Assembly: GCA_963598415.1 (NCBI GenBank)
Contig: CAVBUH010000030.1
Span: 38,850 to 102,849 of the forward strand
DNA: 64,000 bases
Direction: 5' to 3'
DNA from: Selenomonadaceae bacterium
GTDB taxonomy: Bacteria; Bacillota; Clostridia; Oscillospirales; CAG-272
The translations under genes were made by a program, and so were the position numbers. This document shows, one piece after another, positions 19,871-29,025 of the stretch. Numbering within the stretch: the first letter of the stretch is position 1; each line of letters starts with the position of its first letter. Below the pieces are notes generated by a model. That model had not been told where the DNA came from and did not search any database. It saw only the letters and a list, made by a program, of their open reading frames with translations.

Positions 19871-20697
19871 GTGCTTTTCCCTCCGCGGACGATCAGCCCG
19901 ACAAAATTGTTATACAGTATGTCCTGTCTGACTGCGTCGGAAAAATCAAGCCGCAGAAATTCGGCAAGGGATATCCCCGGTGTTATTGCCGGATAATCGC
20001 TTCCGAACATCACCTTCTCAACACCGCATTTTTCAATGAGATATTTTCCCCTTTCGGGTGTCATATCCCAAAGGGTGCTGGAGCAGTCGTATATGACGTT
20101 ATCATATTTTCCCATTAATACCTGCTCTGCTTTCTCCCATTCGCGGTATCCGCCGAGATGGGCGGCAATAACAGTAAGCTTTGGAAAAGCGGAGGCAATT
20201 CTTGCTACTCTGTCGGGCGAGGAGTAATTAATCTGAGTTCTCGCGTCTCCGACATGGAGCCAAAGAGACATGCCGAGTTTCTCCATAATTTCATAAAGGG
20301 AAAACATACGGTCACTGTCCGCATTTTCTCCCTGAAGATCGGGATGCAGCTTTATTCCCGTCAGTCCGAGCCTGAGACAGCTTTCAAGTCCATTTTGAAA
20401 ATCGGGATAATCCTGATGCATACATCCGAAAGCATATGCTTCAAATCCGTCTTTTCTTGCCGCGTTTGCCTGTGCTGCCGCCGCTTCGTTGATCTTATCG
20501 ACATTTCGGGCAGAGGTAGCTACCGGAAGCAGGAGAAAGCCGGAAATACCGGCTTTTCTTTCGCATTCTTCAAGATCGCGGAAGGTACCGCTTTCGGAAA
20601 CTTTGAAATTATAAAATTTTCCGAGATTTTCTGCCGCCTTTCCGGCAATAGCGTCGGGATATGTATGCGTGTGCGTATCAATTATTTTGTACATCAA
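19867..20697 (-). CDS. Amidohydrolase-family metal-dependent hydrolase (TIM barrel)
   Basis: 276 aa with N-terminal IDTHTHTYP metal-binding motif. 4-nt overlap with the methyltransferase start. Confidence 0.7.
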   Translation of the reverse strand: MMYKIIDTHTHTYPDAIAGKAAENLGKFYNFKVSESGTFRDLEECERKAGISGFLLLPVATSARNVDKINEAAAAQANAARKDGFEAYAFGCMHQDYPDFQNGLESCLRLGLTGIKLHPDLQGENADSDRMFSLYEIMEKLGMSLWLHVGDARTQINYSSPDRVARIASAFPKLTVIAAHLGGYREWEKAEQVLMGKYDNVIYDCSSTLWDMTPERGKYLIEKCGVEKVMFGSDYPAITPGISLAEFLRLDFSDAVRQDILYNNFVGLIVRGGKST

Positions 20698-20849
20698 AGT
20701 TTACCTTTCAGGGGGAGTAAATACTCCTGATCATTATATCACAGCAGCGCGCCGTTGTCAAATATAACAAAGGGGGATTCTCAGAATGTTTTTCAGGCAA
20801 TTTGTATTGTATTTTATTCTGGAATGTGATAAAATAATGTCTGTTGAAT

Positions 20850-21029
20850 GGGGCTGTCGCTCTAACGTGCGACTGCCCCACGAAATCGGGTTTTGCGGAT
20901 GAAATCCGCAATTTTGACCATTTAAATTCATAATAATCCAAAAAAAATACAGTCAAAAACACCCGATTCGGCATTTCCCCGGTCGGGAAACCGGGAAAAT
21001 GCCGGGCTTGTTGCTTAACGCAACAGCCC
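20850..21029 (-). repeat. Repeat family A copy 2 (inverted relative to copy 1)
   Basis: Reverse complement of the family A consensus, with a ~10-nt insertion in the GGCATTTTCCC hairpin. Confidence 0.85.
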
Positions 21030-21030
21030 G

Positions 21031-21146
21031 AGCACAGAACGAACAAGTTGTTCCTTCTGTGCCGCCAAAACAGGTTGTTTGGCTCTCGGTTCCCATTGAT
21101 TACCGCCTACCTTACAGAATAAGTGTGGTTCACCCATTCTGTAAGG
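21031..21146 (+). repeat. Repeat family B copy 2
   Basis: Starts with hairpin GCACAGAA/TTCTGTGC and ends with hairpin CCTTACAGAAT/ATTCTGTAAGG. Confidence 0.65.
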
Positions 21147-21177
21147 GCAAGGGTTTTACGCAGAAATGCGTAAAATT

Positions 21178-21248
21178 CCTGCCCATGAAAACCAGCCGAA
21201 AAAAACAAAGAATTGGCTTATTATGGTGTTTTTCGGCTGTTCAGCAGG
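21178..21248. repeat. Repeat family X copy 2
   Basis: ...CAAAGAATTGGCTTATTATGGTGTTTTTCGGCTGTTCAGCAGG. It is inverted relative to 18454-18519. Confidence 0.6.
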
Positions 21249-21259
21249 CATGAAATAAA

Positions 21260-21419
21260 GGGTACCTTTAAAAAATTACTGCACAAATCCGGCTCAATTT
21301 TTTTCGTCATTCGTCACAAAAATCCTTGACAGATGGATATGCTGTCTGCGAAATTTTTGTTTTGACTGACGAATAAATCTCTTCGCCGTCTATGTACATT
21401 GAATTATTAGAGGTCCCCC
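21260..21419 (+). repeat. Repeat family D copy 1 (about 150-160 nt, terminal inverted repeat GGGYAYCTYTAAAAAA)
   Basis: Aligns with 25161-25310 and 25467-25617. The core is shared: CGTCATTCGTCACAAAAATCYTTGACAGRATGGATAYGCTGTCTGC. Confidence 0.8.
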
Positions 21420-21590
21420 AAAAAATAAAGGCGATACCGCAATGAGTTTCCGCAGGCTGCGGTTAACCTATTGCTAAGAGAATTTGTGAAAAGCGGCGGA
21501 ATGTGCAGGAAAACACACGTTATGAATGGTAACGGTGCTGCCGAAACGTAATGCGGATTGCCGAATGCCAAGAAAGGACGCTTTACTATA

Positions 21591-22814
21591 ATGGAAAGAA
21601 GCTTTCCCAAAGCATATATAACCGAAAAAGGAGAGCGAGCTCTTCGCGGAGGGCATCCGTGGGTGTTTGCCGACGAGGTTACTTCCATCGAGGGAGAATA
21701 TATTAACGGAGATCTTATTGATATTAGGTCAAAAAAGGACAGATATCTTGGTACCGGCTTTATAAACGGCAATTCAAAAATCAGGATACGACTTGTTTCC
21801 CGCAATGCGAACGACAGATTCGATGAGAAATTTTGGGAGCGTAGAATCAGGTATGCCGTCGACTACCGTATGACGGTAATGCCCGGTGAGGATTTCAAAT
21901 GCTGCCGTCTTATCTTTGGGGAGGCGGACTGCTTTCCCGGACTTACGGTTGACAGATTCAATGATGTTCTGTCTGTACAAATTCTTTCTCTCGGAATGGA
22001 GCGTTTGAAGGATATCATTCTTCCGGCAACGGTTCGTTATCTCCGCGGACTCGGAGAGAAGATCAGCGCGGTTTATGAGCGCAATGATGTGAAGCTCAGA
22101 GAGCTTGAGGGAATGAATTGCTGCACCGGCTTTTACTGGAAAGACGAGCTTTCCGAAGCCGACGGCAATACTGTAATTTGCGAGAACGGGATCCGATATC
22201 ATGTTGACTATGTAAACGGACAGAAAACGGGATTTTTTCTCGATCAGAAATATAACCGTGCCGCTGCAGCGAAAATAGCGAAGGGGAAGCGCGTGTTGGA
22301 TTGCTTTACTCATACCGGTGCGTTCGCACTGAATGCGGTTATGGGTGGAGCGGCTCACGTGACCGCAGTGGATGTCTCAAACGAAGCGATCGCTATGGCG
22401 AAGAAAAATGCGGCTCTTAACGGGTTAAGCGATAATATGTCGTTTGTCTGTGCGGATGTTTTTGATTTACTTACCGAAATGGCTGTTTCAGGAAATTGTA
22501 ATTATGACTATATCATTCTCGATCCTCCCGCGTTTACTAAAAGCAGAGATACCGTAAAAGACGCTGTTCGCGGATATAAGGAGATTAATATGAAGGCGAT
22601 GAAGCTGCTCCCGCGCGGAGGCTATCTGGCTACCTGTTCCTGTTCTCATTTTATGACGGAGAGCCTTTTTAAAACCATGCTTCATAATGCCGCCGCCGAT
22701 GCCGGCGTCTCTCTCCGTCAGATAGAGGCAAGGCAGCAATCTCCCGATCACCCGATTCTTTGGAATGTGCCTGAAACCGAATATCTTAAATTCTTTATTT
22801 TTCAGGTGATTTGA
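21591..22814 (+). CDS. RlmI-like class I SAM-dependent rRNA (cytosine-C5) methyltransferase (PUA + MTase)
   Basis: GERALRGGHPWVFADE N-terminus, then VLDCFTHTGAFAL...ILDPPAF. ATG 21591 is preferred over the ORF-track start at 21558. Confidence 0.8.
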   Translation: MERSFPKAYITEKGERALRGGHPWVFADEVTSIEGEYINGDLIDIRSKKDRYLGTGFINGNSKIRIRLVSRNANDRFDEKFWERRIRYAVDYRMTVMPGEDFKCCRLIFGEADCFPGLTVDRFNDVLSVQILSLGMERLKDIILPATVRYLRGLGEKISAVYERNDVKLRELEGMNCCTGFYWKDELSEADGNTVICENGIRYHVDYVNGQKTGFFLDQKYNRAAAAKIAKGKRVLDCFTHTGAFALNAVMGGAAHVTAVDVSNEAIAMAKKNAALNGLSDNMSFVCADVFDLLTEMAVSGNCNYDYIILDPPAFTKSRDTVKDAVRGYKEINMKAMKLLPRGGYLATCSCSHFMTESLFKTMLHNAAADAGVSLRQIEARQQSPDHPILWNVPETEYLKFFIFQVI

Positions 22815-22968
22815 AAAATCAGGGAACCGCATCTCTCTTTTAAACTTTTAAAGGATTTTCGCATAAAATCCTTATTTACATAAGCCGTTAAATAATACAA
22901 AAAAGGAAAGCCATGCTCGGAGATATTTTCAGTGGTACCTCCCGGAATGGTATGGCAAGGGAAAATCA

Positions 22969-23427
22969 ATGCACAAAATTACCAGCTTTACAGTTAACCA
23001 TGATTATATAACGCCGGGGATATACATTTCAAGAGTTGACGGCGATATTATTACCTATGATCTGAGGACAAGAAAGCCTAACGCAGGCGATTATATGGAT
23101 AATATTTCCATGCACTCTGTGGAACATATGGCGGCAACTTTTTTAAGAAACTCCGAAATATCCGAAAAGATCATCTATTTCGGCCCGATGGGCTGCCGTA
23201 CCGGTTTTTATTTGCTTGTGCGCGGTGAAAAGCCGGAAAAGGTGCTTTCGGTGCTGAAAAAAGCGCTTTCCGATATTTTGTCCTACGAGGGAGAGGTTTT
23301 CGGTGCAAGCAGAACGGAGTGCGGAAATTATAAAGAGCTTGACCTTGCAAGCGCAAAAAAGGAATGCGAGAGATATCTTGCCGTTCTGAACGGAAAGGAG
23401 AACGATTTTAAATATGCGGAAGCTTGA
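22969..23427 (+). CDS. luxS: S-ribosylhomocysteine lyase
   Basis: 152 aa with HSVEHMAATFLRN (HxxEH) and GPMGCRTGFYLLVRG. Confidence 0.95.
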   Translation: MHKITSFTVNHDYITPGIYISRVDGDIITYDLRTRKPNAGDYMDNISMHSVEHMAATFLRNSEISEKIIYFGPMGCRTGFYLLVRGEKPEKVLSVLKKALSDILSYEGEVFGASRTECGNYKELDLASAKKECERYLAVLNGKENDFKYAEA

Positions 23428-24118
23428 TTTTACGGTCGGTGTTATTGCCGCTATGAAAATGGAGGCGGAGGATATCATTTCCGCTATGACGGATATAACC
23501 GAGAGGGAAATAAGCGGCATACGTTTTTGTACGGGAAAGCTTTACGGAATAAACTGCGTTACTGCCGTATGCGGAATCGGGAAGGTGTTTGCCGCCGTTT
23601 GCGCGCAGACCATGATACTGGAATATGCCCCTGACCTTATCATCAATACGGGAGTTGCGGGAACGCTTACCGAGAAGCTGTCAATAGGCGATATCATTAT
23701 CGCGGACAAGCTGGTTCAGCATGATATGGACACTTCGGCTCTCGGGGATCCTGTCGGTATGATTTCCGGAATCAATTTAGTCTATCTTCCCTGCAGCGGG
23801 GAATACTCCGAGCTTCTTATGACGGCAGCAGAAGACCTTGACCGGGTAAAACGATTGAGAGGGACGATTGCCTCCGGGGATCGGTTTATGTGCGACAGCA
23901 CGGAAAAAAAGCGCGTGTCGTCACTTTTCGGAGCGGCGGCATGTGAGATGGAGGGGGCTTCCATCGCTCAGGTTTGCTATATAAACAATCTTCCGTGTTG
24001 TGTAATGAGGGCTATTTCCGACGGAGGCGACGAGTCGGCTTCGGTTGACTATCCTGCTTTTGCCAAGGCGGCGGAAAAAAGCGCCTCAGTTATCAAGCGC
24101 TTTTTCTTACTTCTCTGA
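23414..24118 (+). CDS. mtnN: 5'-methylthioadenosine/S-adenosylhomocysteine nucleosidase
   Basis: 234 aa with VGVIAAMKMEAE, CGIGKV and CEMEGASIAQV. Overlaps luxS by 14 nt. Confidence 0.92.
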   Translation: MRKLDFTVGVIAAMKMEAEDIISAMTDITEREISGIRFCTGKLYGINCVTAVCGIGKVFAAVCAQTMILEYAPDLIINTGVAGTLTEKLSIGDIIIADKLVQHDMDTSALGDPVGMISGINLVYLPCSGEYSELLMTAAEDLDRVKRLRGTIASGDRFMCDSTEKKRVSSLFGAAACEMEGASIAQVCYINNLPCCVMRAISDGGDESASVDYPAFAKAAEKSASVIKRFFLLL

Positions 24119-24973
24119 TACAAGAAAAAGACAAAGCTCGCATTGATCAGAAGTGATACCGATAGTAATGCTCAGAAGGTCATCATTGAAATAAAGTATT
24201 TGTGCTCCGTTTTCATATTCTGAATCGGAGAGAGTCATCTCTGGATATCCGTTTTCGGAAAGAAAGGCTTCCGCGGCACTCAGGATATCGCTTTCCTTTG
24301 CGATGTGGGCGGTATCGGTTTTTCGGTTGATGAGTGCTTTTATCAATCGACCGGATTCCGAGCTGTATTCGGCATACGACTGTGCGGTGCGAAAGCCGAA
24401 GATCATTCCTTTTCCTGCTCGGTAAGAGTATTCTTTGAGCTTTGACTTTTCTCCGAGAAGCGCGGATGCCGCTTTTTTAAAGTCGTCTTTTCCGTTGTCG
24501 TTGGGTTCTGTCGGCATGACTACGGTTGGGAGAACGTCTCCGCTTTCTTCGGGGTATGAAGGTATACCAAGTCCTGATGCCCTCCATCCTGACATATATG
24601 AGGAGCTTCTTGACTGCGAGAGAAATCGCAGCAGCTCGGAGCAATAGCTTCCGGCACGTTCTGCCGCTTTATTATCGTTTTTTGAGACATAAATATCAGA
24701 GCAGAATGCTGCTGCTGAGCTTTCCTCCTCGGCAGAGAGAGGCAGGTTTGAAAAGCAGAAGGCGATTTGCGAGGATAGTGACGAATCGGATGTCCTGTAA
24801 TATTCGCTGAGCACTGATACAAGCGACTCATAGGACCGGGAGAATATTCCGTTTTTGTATTCAGCATATTCTTTTTCGCATAAATAATATTTGACGGCGA
24901 ATACTCCGATAACAAGCAGAAGAATACCGGATATGCTTATTTCGAGAAAGATTCTGAAGCCTTGCTTTTTCAT
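24107..24973 (-). CDS. Hypothetical membrane-anchored protein (N-terminal TM helix)
   Basis: 288-aa ORF with one N-terminal hydrophobic helix (ISISGILLLVIGVFAV) and a Ser-rich region. I recognise no motif. Confidence 0.55.
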   Translation of the reverse strand: MKKQGFRIFLEISISGILLLVIGVFAVKYYLCEKEYAEYKNGIFSRSYESLVSVLSEYYRTSDSSLSSQIAFCFSNLPLSAEEESSAAAFCSDIYVSKNDNKAAERAGSYCSELLRFLSQSRSSSYMSGWRASGLGIPSYPEESGDVLPTVVMPTEPNDNGKDDFKKAASALLGEKSKLKEYSYRAGKGMIFGFRTAQSYAEYSSESGRLIKALINRKTDTAHIAKESDILSAAEAFLSENGYPEMTLSDSEYENGAQILYFNDDLLSITIGITSDQCELCLFLVSEK

Positions 24974-25160
24974 TTTACCGTAGGGCGTGCACGCCCGCTC
25001 CTTTCTTGATAAAAAGGTTGAAAATACGCTTTACAAGATGATTTTTTTCTGATATAATTTAGTATAAAGTGATGTTATGTTATTTTAGGAAGCACTGCCG
25101 GGTTGACGGCTTGCGCCTTAACGGGCATATCTGCCTGTCCGTTTCCCGTTATACCTCAGA

Positions 25161-25310
25161 GCGCCTCTAAAAAATCACTGCCCAAAATCGGCTCGAGTTG
25201 TTTTCCGTCATTCGTCACAAAAATCTTTGACAGGATGGATACGCTGTCTGCAGAATTTTGGTTTTGACCGACGACTGCCGTCTGTGAACATTGATTTTTT
25301 AGGGATACCC
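25161..25310 (+). repeat. Repeat family D copy 2
   Basis: GCGCCTCTAAAAAATCACTG...CATTGATTTTTTAGGGATACCC. It directly abuts a half copy of family C. Confidence 0.8.
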
Positions 25311-25417
25311 TTCACAAATTTCGTTGGGAGAGAAGTCGTTCCTGTCTCTTCAATTGGTATTGTATGACGAAAAATAGGACTGCGCGTTTCTGCCGTAGGA
25401 ATTATGCGATATTACTT
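25309..25417 (-). repeat. Repeat family C, half copy (C5)
   Basis: CTTCACAAATTTCGTTGGGAG...GACGAAAAATAGG...TGCGATATTAC aligns with the second half of 38246-38425. Confidence 0.6.
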
Positions 25418-25466
25418 TACTTTTATTCTGTGCATTTTTTAATAAAATAAACGGTTATAATATCAA

Positions 25467-25617
25467 GGGCACCTCTAAAACATCACTGTCCAAAAGCGGC
25501 TCGAACTGTTTTCCGTTATTCGTTACCAAAATCCTTGACAGATGGATACGCTGTCTGCGGAATTTTGGTTTTGACTGGCGACTGCTGCCTATGAATATTG
25601 AATTTTTTGAGATGCCC
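25467..25617 (+). repeat. Repeat family D copy 3
   Basis: GGGCACCTCTAAAACATCACTG...ATTGAATTTTTTGAGATGCCC. Confidence 0.8.
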
Positions 25618-25967
25618 TTAAGGAATCACTGAATCAATCGTCAACGGATCTTTTCGGCAGATTTTATTGACTGCATCGTAAAAAAACTTGAAATATGAAC
25701 CATATCCTGTGTTTTTTGCCTTTCCGTTCAAAAAATCATCTCTACTCGGCTGTCCTCCGGCTTCATGCCGCAGGAAGTCAGGGATAGTATTCAGAAAGCT
25801 GCATAGCCGATTGGTTTAGCGATTCCGTAAAGACAGGATGGTTTGTTTCCGTATCAATAGCTTCCTGTTTCGTTTTCTGTATTTGGAGGAATCTGAATCA
25901 GATACCGGGGCTCGGAAAAATTTTGTAGAAAGGACAGCCTTTGTTAAGCAAAGGTTAGTTATTTGTT

Positions 25968-26291
25968 ATGAAGCTTATTCTTGCTATCGTCAATAATGAT
26001 GACGCTCATTTTGTGAATTCAAGCCTGAGTAAATCCGGTTTTTTGGTTACAAAGATATCTTCCACCGGAGGATTTCTTATGAACGGTAATTCTACCTTCC
26101 TCATGGGAGTGAATAACGAAGATGTTGACAAGGCGATTGATATTATAAAAAACAATTCCAAGAAGAGAGTGCAGAACGTACCGCTTGATATGAATTATAA
26201 TGGAACGGGCTGTGCCCAGCCTGCCGGAACCGTTACTGTCGGCGGAGCTACGGTATTTGTTCTGAATGTGGAAGATTGCAGGCATCTGTAA
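25968..26291 (+). CDS. darA: PII-like cyclic-di-AMP receptor (YaaQ/DarA, DUF970)
   Basis: 107 aa. MKLILAIVNNDD...VTKISSTGGFLMNGNSTFLMGV...GGATVFVL closely parallels B. subtilis YaaQ as I recall it. The conserved neighbourhood with holB supports the call. Confidence 0.85.
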   Translation: MKLILAIVNNDDAHFVNSSLSKSGFLVTKISSTGGFLMNGNSTFLMGVNNEDVDKAIDIIKNNSKKRVQNVPLDMNYNGTGCAQPAGTVTVGGATVFVLNVEDCRHL

Positions 26292-27319
26292 TGACAAATT
26301 TCAGCGCATATGACGCAGTTTTCGGAAACGAAGCGCTGAAAAAAGCCTTCTCCGGGTTTACCGAAAAATCGGCTTTTCCCAATTCAGTCATTATAAGCGG
26401 GAGAAGAGGAAGCGGAAAGCTGACTTTCGCCCGTCTTGAGGCGATGTCTGTTTCCTGCCGGAATGAGAAAAAGCCTTGTCTTGAATGCGAATCATGCCGA
26501 AAGATCGCTGCTGATATTTCACCGGATGTTATATTGGTTTCGGCACAGAAGGACAGAAAAACGATCGGGATTGAGGCTGTGAGAAATATACGGGAATCCG
26601 CCTATATTGCCCCTAATGATTTAAGTTCAAAGTTTTATATTATTAAAGACGCCGATACCATGACAGTGCAGGCGCAGAATGCCCTGCTTAAGCTGTTTGA
26701 AGAACCTCCTGCGAATGTTTATTTTATACTTCTTTGTTCATCTGCGACGGGACTTCTTCCCACTGTTCGTTCCAGAGCGCCGGAGCTTCGCACAGAGCTT
26801 TTCGGAGATGAAAACATGAGAGAGCTTTTAATCACTCACAGTAGCAAGGCTAAAGAGCTTTATGCTTCGGACCGCGACGGCTTTGAGAAAGTTCTTCGTT
26901 TGGCGGGAGGGAGCTACGGCGAGGCTCTCAGATTGATCGGTGTATCAGATAAAAAAATGTTTGCGTTTTTTTCCTCAGTAGTTCGTGTGATTGATGCGCT
27001 TTCACGGGGAAACCGAGACGATTTTTTGTTAGCGATATTAGAGGAAGCATATACCAGAGACAATTTGGTCAGACTTTTTGAACTCATGCTTGCAGCGGTA
27101 CGCGATATGACGGCGGCAAAAAAACTGAGAGGCGAATTTGAGCTTATGTTCTATTCTGATATTTCCTCAGCGCGGTTTGCTTCAGCGCCTTTTACCCTGA
27201 AAGGACTTCTGGACCTTTGTTCGGTGCTTCAGGAAGCGCAGGCACAGGTTTCGGATATTAATGTCAATGTTCAGACAGCGGCGTTGGTTTTTGCCGACAA
27301 GCTGTGGAATGTAAAATGA
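26291..27319 (+). CDS. holB: DNA polymerase III delta' subunit
   Basis: GRRGSGKLT P-loop-like motif, Zn module CLECESCRKI and LLKLFEEPP. The ATG overlaps the darA stop (TAATG). The ORF-track TTG at 26276 is an alternative start. Confidence 0.85.
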   Translation: MTNFSAYDAVFGNEALKKAFSGFTEKSAFPNSVIISGRRGSGKLTFARLEAMSVSCRNEKKPCLECESCRKIAADISPDVILVSAQKDRKTIGIEAVRNIRESAYIAPNDLSSKFYIIKDADTMTVQAQNALLKLFEEPPANVYFILLCSSATGLLPTVRSRAPELRTELFGDENMRELLITHSSKAKELYASDRDGFEKVLRLAGGSYGEALRLIGVSDKKMFAFFSSVVRVIDALSRGNRDDFLLAILEEAYTRDNLVRLFELMLAAVRDMTAAKKLRGEFELMFYSDISSARFASAPFTLKGLLDLCSVLQEAQAQVSDINVNVQTAALVFADKLWNVK

Positions 27320-27505
27320 CAATGACAGGAGGTGCCTTTCAAAATGAAGGGATGCTGCTGTCAATCGGAGGGACAGCTTTTCATCGGTTTCAATGCTGCA
27401 TTGAATGAAAAGGCAATCCTGAATTAATAGTAAGTTATGGACAGCAAGACCGCGTCCTTCCGGCATGACGCGGCGATACCGATGCCGGAGAAACGGATAT
27501 AAATA

Positions 27506-28669
27506 ATGGAAACAGAAAACAGTAAAATAAAAAAGGTTCCTGCCGAGCCGGAAAGTCGGAAATCGGAGGGGAACGCAAAAAAGCAAAAGCAGCGTCAAAT
27601 CGGACAGCGCCGAAAGCAGCAGAAGCCGCGCCGTCAGCAGAACGGAGAAACGGTGGTTTTTTCCGATGGGAGTTCTGAAACGATTGAACAAGAGAACACC
27701 GTAAAGAAAAAACAACCGGTCGCGGAGAGTCCGGCGTCTCAACGGAAGCCTGTCGAACCTCCGACTGAAACACAGGAGAAAAAAGAATATGAGGTAATCG
27801 GTGTAAGATTTAAACAGAATGGTAAGGTGTATTACTTCGATCCTGCCGGAATGATTTTGGAGAGAGATGCACACGTTATTGTTGATACGGCACGCGGTAT
27901 TGAATACGGAATCGTCTCAATGGCAAATCGTTTTGTTTCTGCTGAAGAAGTCGTACTCCCTCTTAGAAAGGCGATAAGATCGGCGACGGAAGAAGACGAA
28001 AGAAAGCACGAAAGAAATCTTGAACGGGAAACCGAAGCATATAATCTCTGCCTTTCAAAAATTGAAGAACACCGTTTGGATATGAAGCTTGTCGATGTGG
28101 AATATACCTTTGACAATACAAAGCTGCTTTTTTATTTCACTGCCGAGGGGCGCGTCGACTTCAGAGAGCTTGTTAAGGATCTTGCATCGGTATTTAGAAC
28201 CAGAATAGAGCTTCGTCAGATCGGTATCAGAGACGAAGCGAAGCTTATGGGAGGTCTTGGCGTCTGCGGTCGTCCTTTCTGCTGTGCCAGCTTTTTGTCT
28301 GATTTTGTTCAGGTTTCCATAAAAATGGCAAAGGAACAAAATCTTTCGCTCAATTCTTCAAAGATTTCCGGTGCATGCGGTAGACTGATGTGCTGTCTAC
28401 GCTACGAATACGACGCTTATACAGAGGAAATTGCCAAGACACCTAAGGTTGATACGATTGTCGATACGCCCGATGGGGAGGGCATAGTAGTCGAAGTAAG
28501 CCCTCTTGCCGGGCTTTGTAAGGTGTCACTTACAAAAAATCCCGCCTCGGTACAGCTCTATCACCGTGATGATTTGAAAATTAAGGGATATGCTAAAGGG
28601 AGACGCAAGGGAGACAGCTTTGTTCCCGCCGATTCTGCCGATGAGCTCAAAAAACTCGAAGAAAATTGA
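27506..28669 (+). CDS. ricT: PSP1-domain protein (RicT/YaaT-like) with a basic N-terminal extension
   Basis: VIGVRFKQNGKVYYFDP...CGRPFCCASFL...CGRLMCCLRYE is typical of YaaT/PSP1. About 105 aa of K/R/Q-rich sequence precede the domain. Confidence 0.85.
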   Translation: METENSKIKKVPAEPESRKSEGNAKKQKQRQIGQRRKQQKPRRQQNGETVVFSDGSSETIEQENTVKKKQPVAESPASQRKPVEPPTETQEKKEYEVIGVRFKQNGKVYYFDPAGMILERDAHVIVDTARGIEYGIVSMANRFVSAEEVVLPLRKAIRSATEEDERKHERNLERETEAYNLCLSKIEEHRLDMKLVDVEYTFDNTKLLFYFTAEGRVDFRELVKDLASVFRTRIELRQIGIRDEAKLMGGLGVCGRPFCCASFLSDFVQVSIKMAKEQNLSLNSSKISGACGRLMCCLRYEYDAYTEEIAKTPKVDTIVDTPDGEGIVVEVSPLAGLCKVSLTKNPASVQLYHRDDLKIKGYAKGRRKGDSFVPADSADELKKLEEN

Positions 28670-28697
28670 TAAATTAAAGGTATTTTTTCAAAACCCG

Positions 28698-28726
28698 TTG
28701 ATTTATCAAGGAATTTATGCTATAAT
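28698..28726 (+). promoter_or_regulatory. Putative promoter of the ferredoxin gene (TTGATT-17-TATAAT, TGn)
   Basis: TTGATT at 28698-28703 and TATAAT at 28721-28726, preceded by TGC. Confidence 0.55.
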
Positions 28727-28762
28727 GCGATATAGAAATTGTGAAAGGATTGGTTAACTGCA

Positions 28763-28933
28763 ATGGCATATAAAATCAGTGACGAATGTATCGCTTGCGG
28801 TGCATGTGCGGATGAATGTCCTGTAAGCTGCATTGCCGAGAAAGACGGCAAGTATGTTATCAATGCGGACGATTGCATTGAATGCGGCTCTTGTGCTTCC
28901 GTATGTCCTGTCGGAGCACCTGCTCAGGAATAA
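28763..28933 (+). CDS. 2x[4Fe-4S] clostridial-type ferredoxin (56 aa; below the ORF-track size cut-off)
   Basis: My own translation is MAYKISDECIACGACADECPVSCIAEKDGKYVINADDCIECGSCASVCPVGAPAQE. It has two CxxCxxCxxxCP motifs. Confidence 0.9.
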   Translation: MAYKISDECIACGACADECPVSCIAEKDGKYVINADDCIECGSCASVCPVGAPAQE

Positions 28934-28945
28934 TAAAAAAGAAAT

Positions 28946-28990
28946 AAACCCGAAGGTTGCTTCTATGGTCGCCTTCGGGTTTATTTTATT
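28946..28990 (+). terminator. Ferredoxin terminator
   Basis: Stem AAACCCGAAGG/CCTTCGGGTTT followed by a T-rich run. Confidence 0.75.
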
Positions 28991-29025
28991 TAATTAATAT
29001 TTACGGAATAAGTCAAAAAAGCACG

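Noticed and set aside
22815-22968. SAM/SAH-type riboswitch upstream of luxS-mtnN
   Set aside because: I could not find the S-box, SAH or SAM-SAH conserved cores or a convincing terminator/antiterminator pair in the 150-nt leader.
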